From assembly GCA_045106415.1 (NCBI GenBank), contig JBGCEP010000023.1, forward strand, positions 1-31,141: a DNA stretch of 31,141 nucleotides, given 5' to 3'. The translations under genes and the position numbers were made by a program. Of this stretch, positions 10,243 to 19,843 are shown one piece after another (the first letter of the stretch is position 1; each line of letters begins with the position of its first letter). The notes under the pieces were generated by a model. That model did no database searches and had not been told where the DNA came from. It worked only from the letters and a program-made list of their open reading frames with translations. The stretch comes from Oligoflexales bacterium. Its GTDB lineage: Bacteria > Bdellovibrionota_B > Oligoflexia > Oligoflexales > Bog-1112.

Positions 10243-10687
10243 TACAAGCACGGTTAAGATCATGATCTGTTGTTCTTGAGTACGACCGGTGACGACCTGT
10301 CTTTTTACCACACCAATTCAACACAGCCATTGCAGTACCAATCAAACCAAAATCTTTTAATTGAGATCCTAACGAATCTTCACATTTTTGAGCATCAAAA
10401 GTGGCAAAATTATTGATATCAAATGAGGTGTCTTCACACATTGAAAACATATATGCGCCCACAGCAGTACCTGCTAAGCCTGCTGCTGTAATAAACATAA
10501 AGGTTTTATGCATTTAACAGATTTTTCTTGTTCGACGACACCTTCACCCTGCTTGTTTTCATGAGTAACATTTTCAACAACCCGCAGTGTCTCTAAATCA
10601 ATGTAAACAACATCATCTTGAGTAGCAAAAACACTACAACTAAATAAAATAAGTTAATAAACCCACAAAAATATTTGACCTCAACAT
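10223..10687 (-). pseudogene. Probable frameshifted secreted/membrane protein gene; ORF 10223..10513 is its 3' part
   Basis: Strong RBS AAGAGGAG, then ATG 10687 (MLRSNIFVGLL). A shifted frame continues LILFSCSVFATQDDVVYIDLETLR...EKSV and shifts back into MHKTFMFITAAG. Confidence 0.5.
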
Positions 10688-10816
10688 ATCCACTCCTCTT
10701 ATTTTAAAAGTAAAACCCAACAATTTACACTGTTAACTCTTACAGAATAACGCTTCAAGAATTCTTAGATAACAAGAATTAATTCTAATGATAACAAATA
10801 TTTAGATATCAGAACC

Positions 10817-11545
10817 GGCATTGCTGCATAAATCAATTCAAGAATTGAATTCCATCAATGATGAGGTTATTCAAGCTATTTTGGCATACCTAAATGGGTC
10901 ATACGATTCAGAATTTGTGCACCAACCCTAAGTTCAGTACATTGGTTGCTAAAATTCCTAGCTCGCAGTTTTGCGGCCTAATATCGTTTTGTAACGAAAG
11001 AATGTATTTCCAGCTAAACTTCGATCATGATACCCAACTTCTTTTTTCCATTGTTTTCCCCCAAGTTTCCAGACGTTTCTGATATTATTATTGCAAAGCA
11101 TCTGCCCCATATTGTTTTTTTTGTGAGTGCAGCCCCACTACGAGGAGGAGTGCCAGACCAGGCTTTAATCTGTGCAATTGCATCATAGGCATGCTTGTTA
11201 TCGTAAGCCTTGTCCCCTGTTACAGTCTCAATTTCTCTTGATGTGTTCTGGATAAGATTGTCAGTTTCTAAACTGTCATGAACATTAGACTCAGTCATAG
11301 TAAGAGCGGTGATGTGCCTCGTCTCAACATCAACACCGACATGAAGCTGTAGAAACTTGTTCAAACGCTGGGAATTCATTTTGCGATAACGATAAAAGTT
11401 GTGTTCAGGGTCATGGGCCTGAAACCTATCTTTAATTAACGTAATTGGTATGAATCTCTCTGTTAGCTTAATAGCCTTTGAGTGTCTTTATATACAGGTT
11501 CAAACAGTTACGCTTTCACCTCTTATATTTTAATACAACAAAGCC
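10817..11545 (-). mobile_element. Internally deleted, inactive IS5-family (IS903-group) element
   Basis: Terminal repeats GGCATTGCTGCATAAATC (10817-10834) and GGCTTTGTTGTATTAAAA (minus strand, 11545-11528) resemble the IS903 IR GGCTTTGTTGAATAAATC. Transposase remnant LHVGVD...HD...GDKAYD...PPR / WKKEVGYHDRSLA / LRAR...LNRMTHLGMPK* is split over three frames (stop 10876-10878). Confidence 0.88.
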
Positions 11546-11653
11546 ACTTAGAAACCATAAATCCTGCGATGATCTTTATTATTTTTTAAAACTTACTCAT
11601 AAAATAAGAGTTGTCTTTTTTGCGTTGAATTTTTTAAATCGGAAATATTTTTG

Positions 11654-11701
11654 AAAAAAAGTCTGCACACTATGCTTCAGAATACAGCGCGCAGACTTTT
11701 T
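11654..11701 (-). terminator. Intrinsic terminator of glnS
   Basis: Minus strand AGTCTGCGCGCTGT...ATAGTGTGCAGACT then a T run. The mismatches are G-U pairs only on the minus strand. Confidence 0.8.
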
Positions 11702-11748
11702 AAACACCATTTACAACAAGGATGAGGCCTCAATTTTATTACGGTTTT

Positions 11749-13410
11749 TTACTTTTTATCCTGCACTTTTGCCCACGTGTCCCTTAAAGTGACACAACGG
11801 TTATAACGATCTTCTTTTTCATCACGAGAAAAATAACCAAGTCTTTCAAATTGAAATTTTGTACCAGGAGCCACATTCTGTAGTGACGGTTCACCATAAG
11901 CTTTTTCAATAATCTCCAAACTCGAATCATTTAAAGATTCCGTAATTTCACCTTTTGATGGATTCTCATTCTCAAAAAGCCGGTCATATAATCGGACCTC
12001 AAAAGACTTACCTTCAGTTGCTGAGACCCAGTGGATAATCCCTTTAACTTTACGACCTTCCGGTGCTTTTCCTAAAGTATCTTCATCACAGGAGCAAAGG
12101 AGCTCTAAAACATTGCCTTCCGCATCTTTAACGACTTCATCACAACGAATCACATAGCCGTAACGCAAGCGCACTTCTTTACCTGGCCCTAGGCGAAAAA
12201 ACTTCTTTGGAGGTTCTTCTAAAAAGTCATCTTGTTCAATATAAACATCTCTTGTCAAAGGTATCAAACGTGTGCCCATTTCAGGGTTCTGAGGGTGATT
12301 CGGGGCTTCAACCCAACGTATATCCCCTTCAGGGATATTTGTGAGAGTCACCTTCAATGGATGCAGCACAGCCATTGCACGCGCCGCCGTCTCGTTAAGA
12401 TCGTCTCGCAAACAATCTTCAAGAATTGTTGTATCAATAGTTGTTTCTTTTTTCGAAACTCCAATTCTTTCACAAAAACGACGAATAGAGGCTGGCGTAT
12501 AACCCCTCCGGCGCAAGCCCACCAATGTTGGCATCCGAGGATCATCCCAACCGTCAACATGCTTTTCTTCAACAAGACGCCGTAAATGCCTTTTACTCAA
12601 AACAGTATAAGTCATATTCAAACGCGCAAACTCTGTTTGTCGTGGATGAATAGGTCGCTCTAAAGCTTCAAGAAACCAATCGTACAAGGGCCTGTGATCT
12701 TGAAACTCTAAAGTACATAAAGAGTTTGTAATTCTTTCAATCGAGTCTGACATACAATGCGTATAGTCATACATTGGATAAATACACCACTGACTCCCTG
12801 TTCTGTGGTGATGAGCATGTAAAATCCGATACATCACCGGGTCTCGCATATTAATATTCCCAGAACTCATATCAATTTTAGCCCGAAGAACAGCTTTTCC
12901 TTCGGGGATATTCCCTTGCTTCATCTCTTCAAAAAGTCGTAAATTTTCTTCGATAGATCTATCTCGATATGGGCTTGGCTGACCGACTTCAGTCAGCGTT
13001 CCTCGGTGCTCTTTCATCTGCTCAAAACTCAACTCACAAACAAAGGCTTTTCCGCGGCGTATAAGCTCCACAGCAGACTCATACAATTCTTGAAAATAAT
13101 CAGATGAATAATGAAGCAGGTCACCCCAATCATAACCTAACCATTTAACATCATTAAGAATCGCTTCTGCAAACTCAACACTTTCTTTTGTCGGGTTTGT
13201 ATCATCAAAGCGCATATGGCAAACGCCTTGGTATTTATTTGCCATCTCGAAATTCAGGCATATAGATTTTGCATGGCCAATATGAAGATAACCATTCGGC
13301 TCAGGGGGAAAACGAGTGGTCACTTGACGGCCCCATTTCTGGGATTTAATATCGTCTTCTATCAGAGATTTGATAAAGTGATGATGGCCTTTTGTGTCTT
13401 CTGTTTCCAC
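11749..13410 (-). CDS. glnS: Glutamine--tRNA ligase
   Basis: TRFPPEPNGYLHIGHAKSICLNF, RFDDTNP, WCIYPMYD, LSKR, GWDDPRMPT, FQFERLGYF. Confidence 0.97.
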   Translation of the reverse strand: METEDTKGHHHFIKSLIEDDIKSQKWGRQVTTRFPPEPNGYLHIGHAKSICLNFEMANKYQGVCHMRFDDTNPTKESVEFAEAILNDVKWLGYDWGDLLHYSSDYFQELYESAVELIRRGKAFVCELSFEQMKEHRGTLTEVGQPSPYRDRSIEENLRLFEEMKQGNIPEGKAVLRAKIDMSSGNINMRDPVMYRILHAHHHRTGSQWCIYPMYDYTHCMSDSIERITNSLCTLEFQDHRPLYDWFLEALERPIHPRQTEFARLNMTYTVLSKRHLRRLVEEKHVDGWDDPRMPTLVGLRRRGYTPASIRRFCERIGVSKKETTIDTTILEDCLRDDLNETAARAMAVLHPLKVTLTNIPEGDIRWVEAPNHPQNPEMGTRLIPLTRDVYIEQDDFLEEPPKKFFRLGPGKEVRLRYGYVIRCDEVVKDAEGNVLELLCSCDEDTLGKAPEGRKVKGIIHWVSATEGKSFEVRLYDRLFENENPSKGEITESLNDSSLEIIEKAYGEPSLQNVAPGTKFQFERLGYFSRDEKEDRYNRCVTLRDTWAKVQDKK

Positions 13411-13560
13411 GCCGAAACCTTTCTTTTAACTTTGATCTTATGCGCCAAACTCGATATAGCACAGAGTGCTCTGATATATCACTTCCTATGCGAATTCAAA
13501 AATAAAAAAAAGAAACACTCAAAAAAGCGCTTCCTTTTTTATCAAATGTATCACCTAATC

Positions 13561-15402
13561 TTAAATTTTTGATTTCTTCAAGGGCTGCGTCACAAGGCCA
13601 TGACCAAACGGGAATAACGTACGCCCCTCTGGAATGGGTGCCCCTTGATAATGAGACATGGTTGATGGCCACGCATAGGACAAACGCCCTGTAAATCCAT
13701 GCTTCCCATAAAAAACATCAGCAATACCAGATCCTTCACTTCCCGGAAGAAATGCGGCGACAACAGCATCGACTTGATCTAAGACATCTGTAATAACAAG
13801 AGGCCTCCCTGACAAAACAACTAGAATAGTTTTTTGAGAGACTTCCGCAGTTCGTGCAATCATTTCTTTCTGAGCATGATTCAACCTTAAATCATAGCGG
13901 TCTCCACGGCCTTCAGCGTAAGGATCTTCAGCAATCACAACGATGCCATAGTCTGCAGCAGGAAGGGCCGATTTAAGATCTGGACGATGAGTAAGGCTCC
14001 AGCCTTCAGGCAGCTGCTGTTGGAAGGCTTCGTATAAGCTTGTTCCTTCCATCGCGTTACCGGATTGACCTTGCCACTTAATTGTCCATCCGCCCGACTG
14101 CAGCCCTAGATTATGTGCCCCACGCCCTGTCATAAGAATACTGCGCCTTTTCCCAACAAGTGGAAGGACACTCTGTTTGTTCTGAAGTAAAACCACAGAT
14201 TCACGTACAGCTTGCCGAGCGATATCTTTATGCTCTTGGGAGCCAAAACGATCATCTGGAAAAACCCGATACGGTGTCTCAAAAAGCCCCATACGATACT
14301 TCACGGTTAAGATCCGACGAACAGCATCATCAATGCGGCTCATACTGATATCTCCACGACTGACTAGAGTCGTGAGGGCTTCCATGAATTCTTCATACTT
14401 ATCAACAGCCATAACAATATCAATACCTGCATGGATGCTTTTACGGACCTGTTCAATAAACGGCCCAGGTTGCATAAACACACCTAACCAGTCTGATACG
14501 ACCAAACCATCAAATCCCATCTCACCTTTCAAAACATCTTGAATCAAACGACGGTGAGCATGCATATGAAGACCTTGCCAACTGCTGTAAGAAACCATGA
14601 CAGTTTGAGCTCCTGCTTCGATTGCATCAAAATAAGGACGTAGATGGATCCTTCTTAACGTTGCTTCATCAACAGGAGTATCCCCCTGATCAATCATATA
14701 ATCTTTGTTATGAGAACTTCCCCAAGTTGTCCCACCATCACCAACAAAGTGTTTCACTGTTCCCATAACAGTCGGATACCATTCCCCAGAAAGAGGGGTT
14801 TGCAAACCTCTTAAATAGGCAGTAGCAAGCTCACGCACCACCTCTGGGTTTTCACTATAACCTTCATAGGTTCTTCCCCAGCGAATATTTTGAGGCACAG
14901 AAACCGCTGGAGCAAAGTTCCAGTGAATCCCAGTCGCTGCGACTTCTCGAGCTGTAACTTCTGCTATTTTTTTCAGCAAGTCAGGGTTTCTTGTTGCACC
15001 AAGGCCTATATTGTGAGGAAAAATCACAGCACCTTCGACATTATTATGCCCATGAACAGCGTCGATGGCATAAAACATTGGAATCTTCAAACGACTTGAA
15101 AGAGCCCTCTTTTGATAGCTCCGAACCATAGAAGCCCACGACTCTGGCTGATTTGGTGATGGAGCCTCTCCACCACCACTCAAAATCGAACCAATTCCAT
15201 AGATTTCAACATGTTCTGGATGCTGATCCATACTCAACTTATTAGGTTGAGTCATCTGACCAATTTTCTCTTGTAAAGTCATCCGACTTAAAAGTAACTC
15301 TACTTTTCTAGAAATTTCTTGCTCAGACGGTCGGGCTTGGCCCCATGTTGACAGGCTCGACAACACACATAAAGCAACCCAACGCATAAAGCTGACTACC
15401 AT
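13561..15402 (-). CDS. Secreted glycoside hydrolase family 3 beta-glucosidase/beta-glucan exohydrolase
   Basis: Signal peptide; MTLQEKIGQM, DAVHGHNN, IFPHNIGLGA, RWGRTYE, KHFVGDG, nucleophile motif VVSDW, PYAEG, LFPFGHGL. Confidence 0.93.
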   Translation of the reverse strand: MVVSFMRWVALCVLSSLSTWGQARPSEQEISRKVELLLSRMTLQEKIGQMTQPNKLSMDQHPEHVEIYGIGSILSGGGEAPSPNQPESWASMVRSYQKRALSSRLKIPMFYAIDAVHGHNNVEGAVIFPHNIGLGATRNPDLLKKIAEVTAREVAATGIHWNFAPAVSVPQNIRWGRTYEGYSENPEVVRELATAYLRGLQTPLSGEWYPTVMGTVKHFVGDGGTTWGSSHNKDYMIDQGDTPVDEATLRRIHLRPYFDAIEAGAQTVMVSYSSWQGLHMHAHRRLIQDVLKGEMGFDGLVVSDWLGVFMQPGPFIEQVRKSIHAGIDIVMAVDKYEEFMEALTTLVSRGDISMSRIDDAVRRILTVKYRMGLFETPYRVFPDDRFGSQEHKDIARQAVRESVVLLQNKQSVLPLVGKRRSILMTGRGAHNLGLQSGGWTIKWQGQSGNAMEGTSLYEAFQQQLPEGWSLTHRPDLKSALPAADYGIVVIAEDPYAEGRGDRYDLRLNHAQKEMIARTAEVSQKTILVVLSGRPLVITDVLDQVDAVVAAFLPGSEGSGIADVFYGKHGFTGRLSYAWPSTMSHYQGAPIPEGRTLFPFGHGLVTQPLKKSKI

Positions 15403-15663
15403 CGCTCCCCCTTACATTCCCTACGCTGCAGAGATGCCAATCTAGTGATAAAATGACCTTGAATAACTTAATCTTAGCACAAGATTTTCAGTGATGGGAG
15501 CCTTTTCAACACACGAGTTGCTCGAGCTTCTCTTACAAGAGTAAAAAGATGAGAACTTTATTACGATAGACTTGCATCCCAGGCCATAATCGCCTAGGTA
15601 TGGCATAACAGGCGAGCTCAACTTGATCGCTAAGACACACACGCACAAGAAATAGGAGCCTCC

Positions 15664-16653
15664 ATGCGTTTCACTATTATTCTTATTTTCACAAATTTGA
15701 TTCTAGGTTCATCCTGTTTCGCTTTTGAAATGACTGAGCAAGAAGAGTGGACGGCCATGTGCATACGAGACCGGAAAAAGCCCCAAACAGTAGCGTGGTG
15801 CAGACTTCAACCTCGCTCAAGCATGCCAAGTCAAGTTACTGAGGCCATGACAGGACCTCTACTCTGGTCAACCAATTCTGCTATTCAAATCACAGCACTC
15901 AGCCCTAACGACGGTGCGTATCATGCTCGGATAGAAACAAAGGATCCTCACTTCCCTAAAGACCTTGAAGTTCGAGTTCAAACCTCAGAGCCGTCCCTTG
16001 TAAAAACCACAACACTAGAATCTTTCGGGGAAAGCGATCTATTACTCCGACTTGTTGAATTTCTCATGCCCTACGGGAACCTCACTTACACACTCCAATT
16101 CGCAGTTTTAGTCGCTTGCGGATTTGGTTTTCCCATGCCCGAAGATATCGTCTTAGTCTCTGGGGGGATTCTTGCCTCACAAGGAATTACCGATTTTTGG
16201 ACCACTGTCCTTATCTGTATGCTTGGCGTCTTTGTTGGCGATGGCATTGTTTTTTTCATTGGTCGCTCTATGGGCCCTCGCATCAAAGAAACTCGTCTTT
16301 TTCAAGCCGGAATGACCCCTGAAAGAGAAAAAAAAGTCGCTCATTGGTTTAATAAGTACGGTGGAGCCGTTGTTTTTCTTGGACGCTTTGCCCCAGGGCT
16401 TCGAATGCCTCTTTTTCTCACTGCTGGCACCTATGGCGTGAGCCCTTTCAAGTTTTTTATGCTCGACGGTGCAGCAGCTATCATTTCTGTCCCCGTTTGG
16501 ATTTGGGTTGGCGAATTTTTCGGCTCAAACCTAGACGCCCTTAGAGATGTGATCCAACAACTCCAAGTAGGGCTTTACTCCGTTCTGGCTTGCACTCTGG
16601 CATTGGTAGCAATTGTTATATGGATCAAAAAAAGAATACATAAGTCGATATAA
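15664..16653 (+). CDS. DedA/VTT-family membrane protein with an N-terminal exported domain
   Basis: GFPMPEDIVL, GDGIVFFIGR, KYG...FLGRFAPGLR...AG motifs; about 125-aa N-terminal extension with a signal peptide; RBS AGGAG. Confidence 0.88.
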   Translation: MRFTIILIFTNLILGSSCFAFEMTEQEEWTAMCIRDRKKPQTVAWCRLQPRSSMPSQVTEAMTGPLLWSTNSAIQITALSPNDGAYHARIETKDPHFPKDLEVRVQTSEPSLVKTTTLESFGESDLLLRLVEFLMPYGNLTYTLQFAVLVACGFGFPMPEDIVLVSGGILASQGITDFWTTVLICMLGVFVGDGIVFFIGRSMGPRIKETRLFQAGMTPEREKKVAHWFNKYGGAVVFLGRFAPGLRMPLFLTAGTYGVSPFKFFMLDGAAAIISVPVWIWVGEFFGSNLDALRDVIQQLQVGLYSVLACTLALVAIVIWIKKRIHKSI

Positions 16654-16737
16654 AGTTAAGGTAAAATTTGCCTTAAAAGCATTTTTTACCTCTATCACTG
16701 CACCTTCTAAGTTTTAAAACATTTAATTTCAACACGT

Positions 16738-16764
16738 TAAAGATCATGCATATCCCGCCGACAC
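16738..16764 (+). promoter_or_regulatory. Sigma28 (FliA)-like promoter upstream of the HD-GYP gene
   Basis: TAAA-N15-GCCGACAC versus consensus TAAA-N15-GCCGATAA. Confidence 0.6.
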
Positions 16765-16805
16765 CCGTATTTTTATTCCATGATTAAAATAAAATTAAGA
16801 AAATT

Positions 16806-18764
16806 GTGGGGCAAAGCATGGGTGAAGCGGCAACAAAACTATCTGATGTCATGAATCATCTTCTTGAGGACTTAGAGGCCAGCAGTCGTTTTCAGGTGAC
16901 AGTTAACGGCTCAGTCATTGAAGTTGAAAGAGATGGACTCATTCAGATCTATGTTGACTGCCATCATATGCCGCGTTTTGCACCCAATTATCTTAAAGAA
17001 GAAAATAAAGATCGCCTCTGCGTTATTGCTGTTGGCCACCCAGACGAACTCGAAGCCCTCCCACCGCATTGTTTAAACCGATGGATTCAACAACTTCCCT
17101 ACCCGTGTGAGCGAACGAGCATAGCGTCCTTTGCTGAGAATAATCACAACCTTTTAGCCCGTTATCATGATGCCATCGAATCAACAAATGATAGCAGTTT
17201 GCATAATTCAGATGAGTTAAGACACGTTTTATCAATTTCTCGAGAACTCAACGGTGTTCGCAATATCCCCAAGCTTCTCAACCTCATTCTTAAAAAAGCA
17301 AGAGAGATTACTCAGGCCGACGCAGGGTCCATCTATACAGTCAATGCTCCTGAAAATGATTTAATGAAAGGCAAAATAGCTTTTCGATTTACACAAAACA
17401 ACTCTGTTGAATTAAGCCTCAGCCACTTTGAACTTCCAATTAATGAAAAATCTGTTGTTGGAAACGCTGTGATTCACAGACAAGCTATTAACATACAAGA
17501 TCTTTATAAACTCAGCCCTGATCCTGCTAAAAACCCCTTTCATACCGTTCATGACCGTTCATGGGATGAACGCACAGGATATGAATCTCATTCCATGCTT
17601 ACAGTCCCGATGTTTGACATTTCACACAAAGTCATTGGCGTCATTCAGCTTATCAACTCCAAAAAAATACCTCATATAAAACTTCAATCTTCACAAGATT
17701 TTATTGATTACGTCCAATCATTTTCCCCTGAAGCTGTTGAAGTTGCAAAAATGGTGGGCCAGCAAGCTGGTATTGCCCTTGAAAATGCAAAAATGCAAAC
17801 AGATATTGAAAATCTTTTCAAAAGTTTTGTAAATGCTTCTGTCACAGCAATTGAAATTCGGGATCCAACCACAAGCGGTCACTCTCACCGAGTTGCAACT
17901 CTGACAACATCACTTGCAAAAGCGTTAAACCGCATCGATAGTGGCCCTCACCAGCACACACAATTTGATGAAGATGAAATGCGTGAGATTGAGTATGCCT
18001 CTCTACTGCATGACTTCGGAAAAGTTGGAGTTCGGGAAGATGTCTTGCTCAAAGCTAAAAAGCTATACGGTTGGCAAGAAAATATGATTAAGGAACGCTT
18101 TGCACGTATTGCGTCTAGTATTGAAATTGAATACCTAAGACAAGTCATTGATTTCCGTTCACACGCTATGGCTCCTATGGGTTTTACTGATGATTATATA
18201 CGTCAGCAACGCGACGATAAATTAGAAGAACTCAACGAGTTTATGGCATTCATCATGAAGGCAAATGAGCCAACGATTCTAGAACAAGAAGGATTTGAGT
18301 TTTTAAAAGAAATTGCAAACCGCACCTTTGAGGACCTCGAAAAAAAATCTCATCCTTACCTTAAATCTGATGAATTAAGAGCTCTATCAATATCGAGAGG
18401 GTCTTTAACCGCAGAAGAGTTCGGAGAGATTCAAAGCCACGTATCCCACACCTATGAATTTTTAAGAAAAATACCGTGGGGTGAACGACTTGCAAATGTT
18501 CCTCAAATTGCTGCAAAACACCATGAAAAACTAGACGGAACAGGCTACCCTCATAGTTCTTCAGCAAATGATATCCCGATTCAATCACGGATGATGACAA
18601 TTGCTGATATTTTTGATGCTCTCACAGCAGCAGACCGGCCTTATAAAAAAGCAGCTCCAAAAGAAAAAGCTCTCGATATTTTAAATATGGAAGTCAGAGC
18701 AGGAAAGATTGACAAAGACCTCTTTAGCGTGTTTCTTGAATCAGGTGTTTATAAAATGGTTTAG
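16806..18764 (+). CDS. GAF-domain HD-GYP cyclic di-GMP phosphodiesterase
   Basis: GAF (ADAGSIY...GYESHSMLTVPM...VIGVIQLIN); RDPTTSGHSHRVA, LLHDFGK, helical insert, HHEKLDGTGYP, IADIFDALTAADRPYK. Confidence 0.92.
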   Translation: MGQSMGEAATKLSDVMNHLLEDLEASSRFQVTVNGSVIEVERDGLIQIYVDCHHMPRFAPNYLKEENKDRLCVIAVGHPDELEALPPHCLNRWIQQLPYPCERTSIASFAENNHNLLARYHDAIESTNDSSLHNSDELRHVLSISRELNGVRNIPKLLNLILKKAREITQADAGSIYTVNAPENDLMKGKIAFRFTQNNSVELSLSHFELPINEKSVVGNAVIHRQAINIQDLYKLSPDPAKNPFHTVHDRSWDERTGYESHSMLTVPMFDISHKVIGVIQLINSKKIPHIKLQSSQDFIDYVQSFSPEAVEVAKMVGQQAGIALENAKMQTDIENLFKSFVNASVTAIEIRDPTTSGHSHRVATLTTSLAKALNRIDSGPHQHTQFDEDEMREIEYASLLHDFGKVGVREDVLLKAKKLYGWQENMIKERFARIASSIEIEYLRQVIDFRSHAMAPMGFTDDYIRQQRDDKLEELNEFMAFIMKANEPTILEQEGFEFLKEIANRTFEDLEKKSHPYLKSDELRALSISRGSLTAEEFGEIQSHVSHTYEFLRKIPWGERLANVPQIAAKHHEKLDGTGYPHSSSANDIPIQSRMMTIADIFDALTAADRPYKKAAPKEKALDILNMEVRAGKIDKDLFSVFLESGVYKMV

Positions 18765-18772
18765 AGATCATC

Positions 18773-19360
18773 ATGCAAGCAAGTGAACTTTCACCACATC
18801 TTCTTTTGACCGCGTATTCGAACGGGTATTTTCCCATGCCTGAAAACGATGGTGAAATTTTATGGTACCGGCCTGATCCCCGAGCCATAATTCCTCTAGA
18901 GAAATTCCATGTTTCGAAGTCCCTCCAAAAGCATATGCGAAAACATCAAGATACAATCACAATCAACACCGCATTTCAGAGTGTCATGAAAGCTTGTGGG
19001 GACAGAGAAGAAACTTGGATACAAAATGATATAATCCGGGTCTATACTGAAATGTATCAACTCGGACACGCTCACTCTCTGGAAGTTTGGCGCAATGAAC
19101 ATCTCATTGGAGGAACCTATGGCCTTCAAATCGGAGGGGCTTTCTTTGCTGAATCAATGTTCCACTACGAAACTAACGCATCTAAAGTTGCTTTATATCA
19201 CCTAACACAAACACTTACTGCTCATCGCTTCAAACTTTTGGAATGCCAGTTCCTTACTCCACACCTTGCTTCACTTGGTGCCATAGAGGTCAGCGATGAA
19301 ACTTATATCAACGATTTGGAGAAAGCACTGCAGCATCAAGAGTACACTCCACTTTCTTAG
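18773..19360 (+). CDS. aat: Leucyl/phenylalanyl-tRNA--protein transferase
   Basis: AYSNGYFPM, WYRPDPRA, TWI, AHSLEVW, GGTYG...FFAESMF...NASKVAL, HLASLGA. Confidence 0.93.
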   Translation: MQASELSPHLLLTAYSNGYFPMPENDGEILWYRPDPRAIIPLEKFHVSKSLQKHMRKHQDTITINTAFQSVMKACGDREETWIQNDIIRVYTEMYQLGHAHSLEVWRNEHLIGGTYGLQIGGAFFAESMFHYETNASKVALYHLTQTLTAHRFKLLECQFLTPHLASLGAIEVSDETYINDLEKALQHQEYTPLS

Positions 19361-19416
19361 CAACCCAACCATAAAACCCATAAAGACTTATCATATAAGT
19401 AATATAGAAAAAAAAC

Positions 19417-19443
19417 TTTAGATTTAAGCCTCAAAACCGATAA
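19417..19443 (+). promoter_or_regulatory. Sigma28-like promoter (unit 1)
   Basis: TTTA(G)-N15-ACCGATAA. Confidence 0.55.
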
Positions 19444-19571
19444 GTTTATTAAAGCAGATCACTACCTATAGGAGCAGACGAGGTTGCACGGCTTATACGG
19501 CCAGATGCTCTTCACATGATTCTGGTATCCAGATGCAAAATATTTTTCGTTTTAATATCTTTGAAAAAAAC

Positions 19572-19599
19572 TTAAGATTTTCATCGTGAGATCCGATAA
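19572..19599 (+). promoter_or_regulatory. Sigma28-like promoter (unit 2)
   Basis: TTAA(G)-N16-TCCGATAA. Confidence 0.55.
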
Positions 19600-19843
19600 G
19601 GACATCATACGAAAACATAGCTATAAGACAGACGAGGCTGCAAAAATTTCGCTCTGATATAACTAAATCTTAGACAGATAAAAGCAAATCTTTCAAATCT
19701 TAAAACACTCTTCCCACAAAACAATTCTTACAATATTCATATAAAAACCCTAGTTTTATCTACATAAAACACTCATTGCTCGAACTCCTTAAATCTGATA
19801 TTTTTCATCACGTACACAAGACAGAATATAAAGGGTCTTCAAT

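Larger units (their letters stand above)
19408..19642 (+). repeat. Two imperfect tandem units (~156-bp period), each a sigma28-like promoter plus a conserved downstream motif
   Basis: Unit 1: A-run-CTTTAGATTT...CCGATAAG...CTATAGGAGCAGACGAGGTTGCA (19466-19488). Unit 2: A-run-CTTAAGATTT...CCGATAAG...CTATAAGACAGACGAGGCTGCA (19621-19642). Confidence 0.8.

Noticed and set aside
10766..10812. Repeated GATAACAA/GATATCAG words next to the IS903-like end
   Set aside because: Short, irregularly spaced and in very AT-rich DNA; cannot be distinguished from chance.
15403..15663. Possible riboswitch or ncRNA, and ORF 15442..15648, between GH3 and dedA
   Set aside because: Only short hairpins (e.g. TCGCCT...AGGCGA) that fit no family I recognise; the ORF has no RBS or protein-like features.
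19408..19642. CRISPR array or c-di-GMP riboswitch interpretation of the tandem motif
   Set aside because: Only two imperfect copies at ~156-bp period and no cas genes; I could not see the GEMM-I core (GAAA tetraloop and GCAAA receptor helices).
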